A DNA stretch of 55,098 nucleotides, taken from contig NC_068984.1 in the NCBI RefSeq assembly GCF_001194135.2, positions 22,522,898 through 22,577,995 of the forward strand. Reading direction: 5' to 3'. This DNA is from Octopus bimaculoides. Its lineage: Eukaryota. Below, piece after piece: positions 27,161 through 42,157 of this stretch; position 1 is the first letter of the stretch, and every line of letters starts with the position of its first letter. The position numbers and the translations under genes were made by a program. Below the pieces are notes generated by a model. It did no database searches. It worked only from the letters and a program-made list of their open reading frames with translations, and was not told the DNA's origin.

Positions 27161-27536
27161 ATTTTAAAATATTAAAGAATAATACAAATACACACACACA
27201 CACACATATACACATACATTGAGGTAAAAAAAAAAAAAAGATTGGTTACATGTGTGTTTTTCTGTGTATATATGATATATATGTGTGTATGAGTGCACAT
27301 GCGTAATATTCAAATTGTTTGTTGGTGGTCTAAGTCTGAAAAAATTGAATCTATTGGTATGAATGTCAATCTAATTAATTTAATATGCTTTTGTGAGGAG
27401 AAGTTTCCGAAGAGGAGAGGTGTTTAGTTCACTTTTTCTATCTCACCAAACAGCTTTAAGTAATAACTTCTCCCAAATGTCGAAAGCGTCCTTTTATAAA
27501 CGGCATAGCAACTTTAGTAATTTAATTTTTATACAT

Positions 27537-27608
<72 letters not shown>

Positions 27609-28388
27609 ATGTAAGAGGTGTGTTCGCCTACGTTTATATATGTGTATCTAGACTTGTGTAGATTACACACAAACTCCTACATACGTATTATATGCATATA
27701 CAGAGAAAGAAAGAGAGACTGAAACATATGTATGCAAACATAAATATTTATGCATACATTCATGTACATTTACAAACACCCACATACACACACCCATACC
27801 AATCCCCATGTATATAGTGTGTGCAGTAGGTGGGTGTATGTATGCATTCATGCATGTATGTATGTATGTATGTATGTATATGGCTGGCCGTAGCCCTGAG
27901 GATACGACTTGAATACATTCCCGATATGTTGTAAAGTATTACAATATTACACCTAATGTAGGTAATTGATTTATTAGCTACTCTAATTGACACGAAATTG
28001 ATTTCTCAAACTGTGTTTGGCAACTCACCAGTCTCTCGACCGGATGTTTTTCATTTAAGAACCAGTTCAAATACATTATCTAATTCATTGCGAAAATAGC
28101 CGGAATAAGAAATAACAAACTTTTCTCTGTTGTTAGCTTCCTCCTTCAATTAAACGTATAGTAATGTTGATGCTGTTAACGTTGGAATGGAAGAGGTGTT
28201 ATATCGCTGGCCAGAATGTGTAGTATTCAGGTGTTGCCCTCAATGCTCTGAGTTCAGCAGCCGCCGGCGTTCATTTTACTTTCCATCGTTTCAGTAGCTA
28301 TAAATCGAGAACTAAATATTTTCTAGTTCAACTCAATTTCCTTTAGACATTTGTAACCTCGTGACAGATATAGATAGCCTTATTATTA

Positions 28389-29360
28389 CGCATATGCACG
28401 CTAATTTAGTCAGCAGATATTTTATCTTGATGTGCCAACAAATCTCCTGAAATCTCAAGAATCATCCTCAGGATTCTTGCAGATAATAAGACGGCACTTT
28501 AATGTAGGTCGACAGTGCGCATTTCAATTCCAATCGCTTTCAGTCTTTTAGGTAACATTTTGGGTGCTGTGCCAAGTGCACCAGTTATTAAAGGAATAAT
28601 TGTTGTCTTGATCTTCCACTGTCTCCTCAGCTCTCTGGCTATATCTTGATATTTCTCAATTTTTCCAATTAACAGTGTCTTTACTGTTAATAGTGTCTCC
28701 TCTGTTTAGTAACCCTCTCTCACCATCCTTTCTTGGTAGATCGAGTCGGTCAGTATTGTTTTTAGGGCGGGATGCGTTGTGAACTCTAGTTCTTCTATCC
28801 AAGATCTGTAGCTCGTCCGTTGTCCATTTCAGAAAAGGAAAAGAGTATCTCAGTATGGACATAGACAATGTAATGGATTTAATGATGTTCCCTCCATTTA
28901 ATTTTTCTTTCGAGCACCTCCCTAAATCTCCTTTTGTACTCTTTAGTGAATTTCTCAGTCATTTCTCCTGCTATTATCCAATGGACTTGCAACACTTCCA
29001 GATATTTGTACCCCTCATTATTCGACCGCGATCTAATGATGTTGGCTTGTGGTAGTTTTATGCCATCAACAGTTTACCTTCTACCCTCTCCTCATAAGTA
29101 GTACCGCTCATATAATTGCTCCAAGCTGCATTCCAATATATTTACTGAAAATTTTCACTGTTTGGATCAAAAGGTCTAGGTCTCTGTGACATTTTTGTAC
29201 AGTTGGAGGTCATCCATATAAAGTAGGTGATCTATTCTCATTTTGGATTTGGTAGACTCATAACCAGGCCTGGATTTCTGTACCATATTTGTCAGAGGAA
29301 TTAGAATAATGACTGAGAGTAATGGAGAGAGCGAGACTCCATGGAATATACCCAGGCAAC
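28389..29360 (-). mobile_element. Dong/R4 fragment 2: RT core and thumb, internal deletion, intact 3' end
   Basis: Minus: GIFHGVSLSP..HLLYMDDLQLY (YMDD 29220-29209)..GYKYLEV..LRYSFPFLKWTTDELQILDRRTR..RGLL. At ~28655 it jumps to KYQDIARELRRQWKIKTTIIPLITGALGTAPK..ARILRMILEI. The 3' UTR is followed by (TAA)3; the 5' end adjoins (TGA)n/(TAA)n. Confidence 0.9.
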
Positions 29361-29470
29361 ATCATCATTATCATCATCATCATCATCATCATCATCCTTG
29401 TCGTCATTATTATTATTATTTGGGGTTTGTCTCAGATTCGATCTTAGGGACTCTGTGTATAGCATGTTAT

Positions 29471-29668
29471 GCAGAATCGTATTGGCACGCTGGGCAAAAT
29501 GTCTAGCGGCATTTCATCCGTCTTTACTTAGAGTTCAAATTCCGCTGAAGTTGATTTCTCCATTCATGCTTTCGGAGTCGATAAAAAAGTACCGGCGAAC
29601 ACTGGGGTCGATGTAATCGATTAGACCCCGCCCCCAAAACGTCAGGCCTTGTGCCTATAGTATAAAGG
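29471..29668 (+). mobile_element. SINE family A, tail type B ending in (ATT)n
   Basis: Head, core and ggccttgtgcctatagtataaaggattatt tail. Confidence 0.8.
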
Positions 29669-29688
29669 ATTATTATTATTATTATTAT

Positions 29689-30171
<483 letters not shown>

Positions 30172-30265
30172 TTTTCCAATCGATGAAATAAGTACCAGTT
30201 GAGGACTGGCGTTGATATAGCCAACTAGCCTATCTCCCCAAATGTCAGGCCTTGTGCCTATGCTA
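30172..30265 (+). mobile_element. SINE family A 3' fragment, tail B
   Basis: aaataagtaccagttg...tcaggccttgtgccta. Confidence 0.7.
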
Positions 30266-30289
30266 AGTATATTACAATATACTACACTG

Positions 30290-30865
30290 CACACTATAAA
30301 GTACTCTATTATATAATGAATCATCTTTAATATAAACTGAACTATAATGTACCTTAATATATAATATATACTATGTTGCAGGGTAGTATATCGTATAATG
30401 TATACTATATTATAGTATAATATTCACGATATTGTGGTAATACAAAATGTATGCTCTATTTGTTGTAGAATGCAGAATGTATACGTTATTAAAATGTAGA
30501 TTAATAGTATGTTGTATAGTAATATACCATTGTATACCGTATTTTCTATTATGTATAATATATAAATTTTATTAATGCATAATGTATGTTACATTTGAAA
30601 CATATACTATATTATAGTGTTTTATATGTGTAATATATAATGTATAATATTGTGACGCACTATAACACATAGTATATATTATGTTAATGTAATGTATAAT
30701 AATGCTACTTTTATATTGCGTAGACTAATATATTATAGAATTGTATTACGTATAATGTGTATTACTATATTACAATGTTATACTGGGGTGTAATGTATGA
30801 TATACAATATATTATAGAATATTAAAATGTCTAATGTATACTATTTTATGGTAATGTAATACAAT
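30290..30865. repeat. Degenerate AT-rich low-complexity tract (TATA/TAAT/TATAC-like units)
   Basis: Very low GC with short quasi-periodic units; probably a decayed microsatellite. Confidence 0.7.
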
Positions 30866-31869
30866 CTATTTTATCAATTTCTGTTTTCATTTCCGTTTCC
30901 TTTAAAAATGACATTTATCTTCACAGTCGTCGTAAACATAAAATCATGTCAGATATTCATTTCAATGGAGAAGATTTATATAGCTACATCCTTTCTGTTA
31001 ACATTTACATTGTACGACTAATTCTACTCTACTGAATAAAATCGAAAGCCTGCTCATTCTATTGCGATCATTTCTTAATTTGTTTTTGAAGCCATCGATG
31101 TGGAAAATGTAATGTGTTGATAAAAATGGTGACAGGTCAGAGATAGGTTGTGGAGATTTTGTTAAATGAACCTAACTTGATATGGGTCATCTACCACATA
31201 TGATTAAGTTACTAGCTTTTAACAGATATTCAGAGTAGTGGAAAGTTTGTGCTGGAGATTTTTCTAGTTATCACGTTATTCATTGATATCCGTTTATGTG
31301 CTTATCGAATGTCAGTCTGTAGGAGCTCTAATCACTGAAACAATTAGATTCAGTGCATACATCTTCGATTATATCGGGGCTTTCATTTAAAAAGTAAAAT
31401 ATCACAGTGATAAATGAACCATATTCACGCACATTGAAAATGAATAGTAGATTCATTGACACCAAACTCCCCACCTACAGTAGGAAAGCTTCCGCTATCA
31501 TCTCTACCTTTTCCCGTAGAGAATAAATACACTTATCTGCGCCATCTGTTAGGATCAGGCGCCTTTGCATTTTTTTTGTTCACTGGTCTCATATTGATAA
31601 GTACGAATAAATAAATCCAGATAAAAATAAACGCAATGGTCACGTAAACACAAGAGATACTAAATGCATTCTTGTTTGATGAATTTTGTGGGTAGTCACT
31701 GGGACGTGTTTTGTGGCACCAGTAGAATATTTTACTGATCACCAGCCCCTTTTATCACAGATCAATCCGTGATAAGCATAACATATTTTACATTTGAAGG
31801 TAGCATGTTATCTTGGATCAGTGATGAACAAATCAATCAGTGATAAATGAGGATAAATTTTCATCAATA

Positions 31870-32769
31870 AGAGCCTGGAAAGAATACTATCGGAAGCTTG
31901 AGATGCCTAAAATATTCTTGAAGCAGTAGTAGAATTCAAAAAGAGAAAGAAGTGTTACCAAGCAAGCAGATGGTAATGAATGGAATTATATGGCCAATTC
32001 ATGCAACAAAAAACGAATGATGAAAGTAAAGAACGCTGGCTCTGGGTGACGGACGGAAACCTGAAACGAGAGACCGATGCACTAATTATAGCCACCCAAG
32101 AACAAGCCATTAGGGCAAATCTGATAAAAGCGAAGATCGACTAAACAGAAAGCAAGTGTAGAATCTACAGGGAATAAGAGAAAATATCTATTACCTCTTG
32201 ACTAAGTGCATTAAGTTAGCACGAAAAGAGTATAACTGCAAGCTTAAGTGTGCAGGTAAAAGAGTGCATTGGGATATTAACCGAGTATGTGGTTTCGAAA
32301 TAACAAGAAAGTAGCGTGAATACGAACCAGAGGCCGTAATAGAAAATGAGAATTCTACGATCTTATAGCAGTTCCTCATTAAGACTGATATACTATTTAA
32401 GGAAGAAAGCTAGATCTGCTCAGAGAGGACAAAATATTTTAAAAAAGTATAGGATCATAGTCTTTGCAATTCTTTATGATAACAGAGTCAATAACAAAGA
32501 TTTTTTTTTTTTAATGAGAAACAGCAAGAGAGCTGTAGAGACTGTGGAAGACTAACAAATGATAATTCCTGTGGTAATCAGTGCACTTGGCACAGCACCC
32601 AAAATGCTACTTAAAAGACTCAAAGAAACTAGAACTGTGACTCATTGTCGACCTGCAGAAAAGGATCATCTTATAATTTGCAAGAATCCTGAGGAAGATT
32701 CATGAGATTTAAGATTTGTTATCAAACCTCACGGTAATATTCCTGCTTATTACATTAGCATGTACTAGC

Positions 32770-32770
<1 letters not shown>
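31870..32770 (+). mobile_element. Dong/R4 fragment 4: C-terminal region to 3' UTR, followed by (TAA)14
   Basis: ELYGQFM..RWLWVTDGNLKRETDALIIATQEQAIRANLIKAKID*..KCRI..VHWDI..EPEAVIENE..VVISALGTAPK..ARIL; 3' UTR resembles that of the 28389 copy. Left boundary approximate. Confidence 0.85.
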
Positions 32771-32854
<84 letters not shown>

Positions 32855-32894
32855 CGATGATGATAATGATGATGAGGATGAGGATGATGATGAT
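32771..32894. repeat. (TAA)n-(TGA)n array
   Basis: Direct reading. Confidence 0.95.
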
Positions 32895-33190
32895 TTCGGC
32901 AATAGACTCGCGCGAAGTTCGGTATGGCGCTGGAATCCTGAAGTGGACAGAGGAGGAGCTAAAGGAGATGGACGGGAAGTCAAGAAAGCTCCTGAAGATG
33001 CATGGAGCTCATCATCCACGTACTGAATTTTTCTACGTCTAATGGTTCTGCCTTATTCAACATTATTTCAAAAGAAATCAAAGAAGAAAAATCAACAATA
33101 TAACAATCAAATGGTATCAGGACAAATTGTTCTAAGAAATGCTAGACAAACTAGCCACACCTGGATATATCTCAGGAAACAGCAACAGCT
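32895..33190 (+). mobile_element. Dong/R4 fragment 5 (thumb region)
   Basis: SAIDSREVRYGAGILKWTEEELKEMDGKSRKLLKMHGAHHPR (to ~33025); a weaker GQ...TWIYLRK match extends to ~33190. Confidence 0.75.
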
Positions 33191-33383
33191 AATTCGAATA
33201 GGCTATGGCACCCTGAAAACATAACTTAAAATAATGCGTCAAATGGTGTTATTTTTTCTAGACATAGCCTGAGCAAAGAAGGGTCAGTGCTTCTAGGTTA
33301 GACATGGCCCGGTGCGATATTGGCCAAACCTTATCTAAGTCGAAATTTTCCTTTACTTCTGAGAGCGATGAAATATAACTTCT

Positions 33384-33620
33384 GGAAGGCAACGAGCTGA
33401 CAGAAGCGTTAGCACGCCGGGCGAAATGCTTAGCGGCATTTCGTCTGCCGTTACGTTCTGAGTTCAAATTCCGCCGAGGTTGACTTTGCCTTTCATTCTT
33501 TCGGGGTCGATAAATTAAATACCAGTTATGCACTGGGATAGATGTAATCGACTTAATCCCTTTGTCTGTCCTTCTTTGTCCCCTCTATGTTCAGCCCCCT
33601 GTGGGCAGTAAAGAAATAAG
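33384..33620 (+). mobile_element. SINE family A, near full length, tail type A
   Basis: Best-preserved copy; head, B-box-like GAGTTCAAATTC, core and tail shared with 10066. Confidence 0.9.
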
Positions 33621-33815
33621 AAACGTTAGTACGCCGGGCGAAATGATTTGCCTTATTTTGTCTGTCTTTACGTTCTGAGTTCAAATTCCGCCGAGGTCGA
33701 CTTTGCTTTTCATCCTTTCGGGGTCGATAAATTAAGTACCACTTGCATACTGCTGTCGATCTAACTGACTCGTCTTCTCCCCCAAAATTCCGGGCCTTGT
33801 TCCTACAGTAGAAAA
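33621..33815 (+). mobile_element. SINE family A, tail type B, directly tandem to the previous copy
   Basis: aacgttagtacgccgggcgaaatg...core...ccccaaaattccgggccttgttcctacagtagaaa. Confidence 0.85.
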
Positions 33816-34235
33816 CAATTTAGTTTTTAAGTTTTTAAAGTACATAAATAGCAATAAAACTGTATATCGTTGATGAGCGAAGGTGTGTTGTGTAACGTGT
33901 CTGAGTTCAGATTATATAGGGACTCGACCTAATCAATGCAACCTAGAATTTATCTCTATGACCAAATTGAGGAAACATACATATGCTAAAATAGAGTTAG
34001 TCGAAAATATGTATTTTACAATAAAATAGTCAGAACTATACTGGCTGATGGATAGTTATATAAATTATATATGTGTGTGAATTGTATGTGTGTGGTGGGT
34101 GTGTGTGAGATTCATATTGGTTGAAACGAAGTAAAGAATGAAAGAACAGACATTTTCATACATAACTGAATGGAAATAACACATTTAAACATACACCAAT
34201 ACCAACAGCTTTGCATACATACATACATACATACA

Positions 34236-34267
<32 letters not shown>

Positions 34268-34739
34268 CCTATGTATATATAATATATATATATATATATA
34301 TATTTATNNNNNNNNNNTTCAAGCAACGGTTAGAATTGGTGAGTTTATTATTTATATAAATTTGATTATTTATTCAGATAGATATTGTTTTTACAATAGC
34401 GTCTCTTAAAGCTTCTCTTTGAAACTAGTATTCTTTGGATAAAAAAAAAAGAGGGAATATATATTGGGAGACAGACAGAGTGAAAGATGCCAAACGATAA
34501 AGATACCAAACAGAACGTAGCCAATTGGCAGAATCTATTTTCTGTATGTCTGATAGACAGGTGTATAGAGAAGCGAGAGAGAAAGAGGGTGAGTTTGTGT
34601 ATGTGTGTGTATTTGTCCTTGTTTTTTTGTATGTGTATGTCTACTTTGTTTGTGTATGTGTCTGTATTTGTGAACGTATGGAAATACCAAAGACGATATG
34701 AAATAAATAAATAAATATCTAGTTGGACGTATAGATACA

Positions 34740-35040
34740 AAAGAAGAGTAGGGAGAGATAGAAAGAAATTGAAAAAGAGAGAGAGGGGGAGAAAAAGAGA
34801 AAACGAACGAAAAGATAGAACGAGGTAGAGAGATCGAGAGAGAAAGAGAAAGTGTGTGAGATAGAACGAGAGAGAAAGAGAGAACGGAACCGAGGGCGAG
34901 AGGGGAAAAACAAGCAAGATAGAATGAAACACTGAGATAGGGAAAAAAAAGAGTAATCTATGATAAATATACAAATTACGAGAAATAGAGTGAGGGAGGG
35001 AGTGGGGAAGATTGTAGGAGAAGGAGAAGGAAGCGGCAGA
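34740..35040. repeat. Degenerate GA-rich tract
   Basis: Direct reading. Confidence 0.8.
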
Positions 35041-35338
35041 AGATGTATTATAACAACATAAAGAAAGATGTATGCATCCATCTTAAAATAGAAAGAGTTC
35101 GTTACGTTGTTATCAGTTTTGTATTAATTCTACATATTAACTAATTTCAGACATCAGCTGTATTTCATAAGAGCAGTTCTCATTACTTATGACCTCCTGA
35201 CACCAAAGTGGTATACTTACAAGTTTCACCCTGTCCTATATAAGGCAGCTGCTGTATATTTTTATATTTTTTTCCCTTACTCTTGCAACAGTTCGTACAG
35301 CAGCAGCAGCAGTAGTAGCAGTAGCAGCAGCAGTAGTG

Positions 35339-35371
<33 letters not shown>

Positions 35372-35957
35372 AGGGTGAGGGTAGCGGCGGTTAAATCTCT
35401 TGATATCAGCGCTGTTGCTGTAGGAGCTGAGTTTGCTGTTTGTCCTTTATGCTTTCATTTAAGTAACGATAGCTGTAGTGTTTCATTATATAAATGCTCT
35501 CGTCAATTATTCGTTGTTATATCTGATTATTTCTCTTCCATTTTAGGTCTTTGTGTTTGTTTGTTAATGTTTTCCTGCAGTTTTGTGCTACCGTAGAGCA
35601 ATAGACTTGTATACAAAGTAGAGCGTAGAACTAAATAATATATAGTTCAAACGGTGGAATATGTTTTATGAAGTGAGGTAAAAAAAAAAAAAGATTTCGT
35701 TTGCGATAATTCTTTCGAAAGAAAGAAAAGCATCGCAATGAGTAAAAGAATTGAAGATGCGATTTCGAAGGGTAGATGTAAAGCAGGAGAAAGAGTGAAG
35801 AAAAACTGGTATGTGATGGTATGTGTTCTGTGTGTCGAAGATTCTTACAAACAAGCTTTTCTCTCACTCACTTCATCAACTATCCCTGGATATCATTCAT
35901 TTTCTTATTCACAAATTTACGCCCTAGTGTTAAGATCTTCATATCTCTCCTTCTCCC

Positions 35958-35991
<34 letters not shown>

Positions 35992-38839
35992 TCCTCCTCT
36001 CTTTTTCTCTCGCTCGCTCTCTCTTTCAAAGCGTTTTATTAGAAACGGAGGACTTCTCTCTTCACTTAAAACGTATATTCTTATTGTTTCGTTGTTTTTA
36101 AGTGCGAAGGTATAAACAAACCAACATCGACATTGGTCGGTCCGGGTGGTAGGCATTCGATACAGTGCATTAAGTACAACATGTGGAATGAAAAAGTATG
36201 TTGAACTATGGTGGCTTACTAAAATCCCTACCACCGAATGTCAAAATATTGAAATTAAACCATAAGTGATTTAATTAACGGGTCGCAGAATTTAGATACG
36301 ATCTCTAATCTAGACTCAACTGCATGTATTCATACAACTGGTTTTGCCTCTTCACACCACCTGGTCCTGGTCTTGAAACGGTTATATGCACTGCTTCTTT
36401 GCATTAAACTTCATTATACTCATTAAAAATTTATGAAACAATAGTACAGGATTCGATTTAATCGATTGTGACCGCCCCCATATTTCTTTTGTAATTATAT
36501 CTGTTTTTAATCAGTTTCATTACAGCAACAAAAATAACACAGGGTATCAATGAATATTGTATTAGTAATAAAATCTGTTTTGTTGTCATTCAGCCAAAGG
36601 TCAGTTCTAGTAGAACCGTGCCGTGGTTATAGACACTCCACTCCAGACGTAACTCGCCATCTTTTCATTATTTTTTCGTCCGTTTTGTCAGACATAATTT
36701 CCATAGGACTGTATTATCCAGTCGGTAATTATTTTAAGAGGTACTTTATGATTTATTATTTCAGAGAGATGAGATTAAACAGCTAATTTCGGTAGGCTGA
36801 GTCACCCGTAGAAGCTCTCGTGGTTTCCTTCTGGCTCAGTTAATTGCTTTCCTTTACATATTAGAGTTCAAATACCAGTGAGAGTACTTTTAGTCTTTCT
36901 AGATAAACATACCATTAACCAATCATCTGAAGAATAGTTTATCCAATTTCTGGCCCAATTCATTTTAAATTTGTAGTTTTCATTAAAACATATCATCATA
37001 AGAAACTTAATCATAAGAAACTTAATCATCAGAATAAATGCACATTAAAGAGGTTAGCAGAATTGATAGAGCGTGAGACAAACTGATTAGCGGTATCCCA
37101 TTTGGATGCTTAAACTTTGACGTGAATTGCGTTTCATCCTAACGGAATCGATTAAATAAGGGACCGGTTTAGGTACTGGGGTTGATAAAGTCACCATAAA
37201 AGTTTCCATCCTTATAATAATTGAAGCTACGAATATACAATCACTTAATTAAATTCCATGACGTTATTGTGGTTGATACTGATTAACCATAGGTCAGCCC
37301 CGATTCATCAGACCTTTGATGCTCCACATGATTCTTCTGGACCATTATTATACAGTGTATCTTGGACTACATTACCCGGCATGCCTTCAGTTTTAATATA
37401 GCAAACTGTAGCTTGAGTTAAGTTGGAGTTACTATTTCGAAATGATAGAGATTTATTACAGAGGCCTCGGATCTGATCTAAAATCTCTTTACATTATCTT
37501 CAGGTAATGTTCCTCGACATATTATGCAGAAGTATCATACTGAAATTAATATTTTCTCCGTCATCTCCTATTCTCAACATTAACAACTATTAGTTGTTTT
37601 TATTATTTTTAATCAATATTGAAGGAGACAGATAACCGCTCTCTTTAAAATAATCCCCCTTTTATTTTATAATCAGGAAGTAAAGCAGTATTCGGAACCC
37701 TAAACAGGGACTCTAACCCACATGAGAAGGAAGGTGCAAATATCCTGAAATTGAAAGTCTGAAATTTGCTAAAGTTAGCCCCTGTGATATCGTTAAACTG
37801 GAGGACAGATTAAATCTACCGACTTTGTGAACCATGGTAAAGTTGATACTGAGAACGCAAAGATTTGGTACAAATACTGCATAGCGTTTGATCTGACGTT
37901 CTTACTATTGTTCCAATCTGAAGTTCTAGAATGATACCTATTAATCGCCCTCGAGAAGATGAAAAATGAAGTTGGCCTCGGAAGGGTTTCAACTCAGGAT
38001 GCAGAGAGTTGGAAAGAATACTGCGAATCATTCTAACTGCTACATTAGCGTTTCTTCCAGTTTGTTGGTAGCTTGCAGTGTTGAATTCATTTCTTACTGC
38101 AGATGTTATAATATTCGTGTTCAACTTAGCTTACACACCCAATACATACTTTAAAACATCATCTTTGTTGTTATACCTTCCTATAACTGGCTCCCTCATA
38201 TCATCAGCGGGTAATATATTTGTAGTTATGATAAAAATGCAGAGAAACTGCGTAAGCAAGAAATGCAGTTTCAATTTCAATTCGCACTCGTTTTATAACA
38301 CGTGAACTGTTAATGGCTTACGGAAAGTAATTATCGTTGAATTATCTTAATTTCTCATTTCTTTTAACAAGTGAGATGTTTCTGTCTGGACAGAAAGAAA
38401 GCAAATTGAGCATTGTAGTTCTTTATCAACCTCACTGCTGGTTAATAGAATAATATAGCAGTTGTGAAATGGAATCATTTACATGCCGAATAAAACTGAC
38501 GTTTGTTTTGGTGATTTCATTTCTATCGTGGGAAAATTATTTGTGACAGAGACTGGAGCTGTCGTTTCCAGAAGGACATTTGTCTTTCAACATAGCAGAC
38601 ATTGCCAAAGGATAAGTATCGGTGTAAAAGTAGGCTAAGACACAAGTTTGTTTTTAACATACATACCTACATGCATACATACATACATACACACATACAT
38701 ACATACATGTATGTATGTATATTTCTCCGACACCACCATTAGCAGAAAGTGTACCAGCTACTGCTATGTTCCTGATATAGCTCTTGTGAATGTCTTTTTT
38801 TTTTTTGCTAAAGTATTCTTATCAGTATGTGCGTGTGTG

Positions 38840-38878
<39 letters not shown>

Positions 38879-38889
38879 TNNNNNNNNNN

Positions 38890-38926
<37 letters not shown>

Positions 38927-39679
38927 TTCAGTTATTTGCATATATTCAGACAGTCTCTAATCAATAAGTAATGACATTTGGTCTATTAAAAGTTTGTACT
39001 GTATACAAATGATGTATAGTAAGCACTGTACACCGCCACCTCAAAAGTTCAGTTACATTTTTCAGTGTGAAAGGTTAACATTTTCAGTTCACTTTTACTG
39101 GTTCTAGTGATAATAGCGGTACCAGCAATGGCAATGATGCTGTTGCTGTAGGTGATGGTTCAATAGAATTGATGGCGATATCAGTAATGTGCGGTGTTAC
39201 ATCTGCTGATGTTTGTGAGAGGAAAACCGGCTGGTAATATTTGTTTTGGCACTGGTCCCCTGCTGATAAAGGCTGCTGATGTTGACGGTGAGCGCGCTGG
39301 GAATGAAATTGTTGGTAGTGGATTTGATTTTGTTGCTGTTTGTTCCACATCAACCTATATTACACGTAATTATGATCCATAGCGTTCTAGCCATACCATC
39401 CTGTTCTTATAGATAGATGATTCACTAAAACTACTTGATCGAATAATCCCATTATATTAAAAACGATAGAATGTGTTTCGACAGTGATTTGGTTGCTATG
39501 ACGAGCAAAACGTACGACTGCATTTTTCTTTCGTCCCAGCTCAACTCTTCTCAAACCTGCCAAGGAGATTCCAACCGTTACCAACTCCTCTTTTTATAAT
39601 GTATCGGAAAACATATACAATAATATTTGTGATTTCAGGGAAATGTAACTGTTTTGTTTAGTAAAGTGACAATGTAGAG

Positions 39680-39945
39680 CGGTGGCTCTCAACTAGGGAC
39701 CCACATGATCCTCGGGTGGGGTGGGGAGTCCAGATATGATTTTCTTGTTATAGTTTATGTTCAATTAGTTTGTTATGCTTCTACAATACACAAAATATAT
39801 CAACAACTTCTTTATACAATTCTTAATATTATTTAATTATAAAGATATAATAGGATATTTTAAAGCCATCATATGGGTATGGGATCCAGTAGAGTAAGAT
39901 GTGAATAAAATGCAAGCATAGGCAAAGAAAGATTGAGAACCAAAG
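39680..39945. mobile_element. hAT-superfamily MITE (266 bp)
   Basis: Ends CGGTGGCTCTCAAC and ATTGAGAACCAAAG are close to the hAT CAGTGGTTCTCAAC/GTTGAGAACCACTG pattern; 8-bp TSD-like flanks ATGTAGAG (39672-39679) and GTGTAGAG (39946-39953). Confidence 0.7.
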
Positions 39946-40412
39946 GTGTAGAGGATCGCTAATTAAACAGTAGATGTTATTGAAGCTCAAGAATATACCC
40001 AAAGGAGCAGGCCTATGACTAGGTATTCCAGTTATAACCATCTAATCCTTTTGATATCAAGCTCTACATTTTCCTAAATCTTCGTTTAAGATGATAGGGT
40101 ATAATATGACAGATATTTGACTATCCTCCATTCAGGTTAGACAAATATGTAGAGGGTTCCTCGTTAGGTCAATGCTGGTACAGTAATGTTTTTGTAATAG
40201 GCACCGCTGTTTATTGCTGGCAGAGTTTAAGATGATGTCAAATTGTCTCTCCTGGTAATGATACTACCGAAATGATTATTATTATGTCTATCGTCATCCT
40301 TTATTGTTCCAAATCTTAAGTAGTTGCGGGTTATTTCTACTAAAATATATATATTGAATATAATGAACGTCTGCTTTAATGCTTGAAAATGTTGCCAAAA
40401 TATATATACATG

Positions 40413-40481
<69 letters not shown>

Positions 40482-40525
40482 GTCCTTATGGATTTCTAAA
40501 CAGATATAAATAAATATAGATGTTC

Positions 40526-40570
<45 letters not shown>

Positions 40571-41034
40571 TATGTATGTATGTATGTATTTGTTTTATGT
40601 CAAGTTTCATATAAAAGCAATTTAATATTAAAACGAAGAACTACTCAATACATTTTAGTAGAAAACATATTTAGTAACCTTTTAGAAAGAAAAGTTTGAT
40701 AAATAGACAACCCCTTTCTTTCCTTCTTTCTTGCTTTCTCTTTTATTGCATTGTTTACCATAATTTCCTGTATGAATACCTCAATCACTTTGCACTTTAC
40801 TCCTCGCTATCATTCGTTTTTAATCGTCCTCCCAACAGTCTTCTTCGCTTTAGCAGCTTCCTACGCATTTTCTTTTTCGCCTCGCGAACGAAACACCACT
40901 AACAACAGCGATGTCTACTTTTGGCATTGCTGTTGTTGCTGAGGTTTTCTGGTTGAGGTTGTGCTTGAGCATGTCTTTGATCTAAGGGTTTCCAGTCACG
41001 ACAAGCTCGTTTTTCTTTTTTTGTTTCTTTGTAT

Positions 41035-41212
41035 ATTATTTTCTACACTAAGCACAAGGCCCGAAATTTTAGGGAAGGGGGCCAGTCGATTACATCTATC
41101 ATAGTACGCAAATGGCACTGAATCTATTGACCCTGAAAGGATGAAAGGCAAAGTCGACCTCGAAATACCGCTAAGCATATCACCCGGCGTGCTAACGTTT
41201 CTGCCAGCTCCC
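41035..41212 (-). mobile_element. SINE family A, tail B, internal deletion
   Basis: Reverse complement of head, core and tail. Confidence 0.85.
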
Positions 41213-41464
41213 CAGCTCATCGTTTAAGATGAAACTGTGTGAACAGAGGGAAATTCGACTGTTATGTTTAGTAAGTTTAAACACTGCACATGCTTCTAGT
41301 GCTGGTATATGGTAGATAACAACTTCAACAAGGCAAAACTTTACTTCTGTCTAAATTATATACCAATGAAAGAGATGTAACACAGTTCTCTAAGTGACAG
41401 AGATAAAACGCAAGCAGATCAAGCTCCGAATCTCTAGTGAATAAGGAAAACACACACACACACA

Positions 41465-41511
<47 letters not shown>

Positions 41512-42157
41512 GCACACACACATACTCACATACGAGAGAAAACTGTTTGCAACAACAACTTCGTGTGATAACAGTCTACTTTAATTATCAGTTTTATCGG
41601 CTACCTGAAGGGTACAAAGCAATCCTGATTCGTTGCTAATTATAATGCATATTTTCATTAAATAGAACTGCTTTCTGTTATCTCATTAGGAACTGTGCAA
41701 TGAATTATCTTAACAGTCTTTGAAGCAAACACCCAAAAGAGAAAAAAAAGTAAAAGGAATTACTGATACATCAAATGAATTGTATCACCCTTTGAGTTCT
41801 CTTTAGCATTAGATCTTCGTTTTTGTTGTGTTGTTCGCATTCAGAGCGGTGGGTGAGGCTAATAACCAAAGGAGAAAGTTTGTTATAACTAAATGGTTAT
41901 ATGCGTTGCCGACAAGCTAATAGAGAAAATAAAAGTAATCGTTACGTTACCTTAATATTATTATAAAGTGGCATAAGGGACTCAATTAAAAGAGGAAATA
42001 TCTTTCCCCTTGGGTGAAATATCGGTGCTACACGTGATCCAAATGTGTGGAACATAGTATGATTTCTATTTCTAAACCTGTTTTCAGAATTAGATCATAT
42101 TTTATTATATTTTTCTGTTACTGAATCTATTACGGCGGGATAAACTCCTAATAGTCA

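Noticed and set aside
33295-33320. U6-like snippet (and ACACGCAAATTC at ~29785)
   Set aside because: Short, mismatched and isolated; the second lies inside a Dong 3' UTR.
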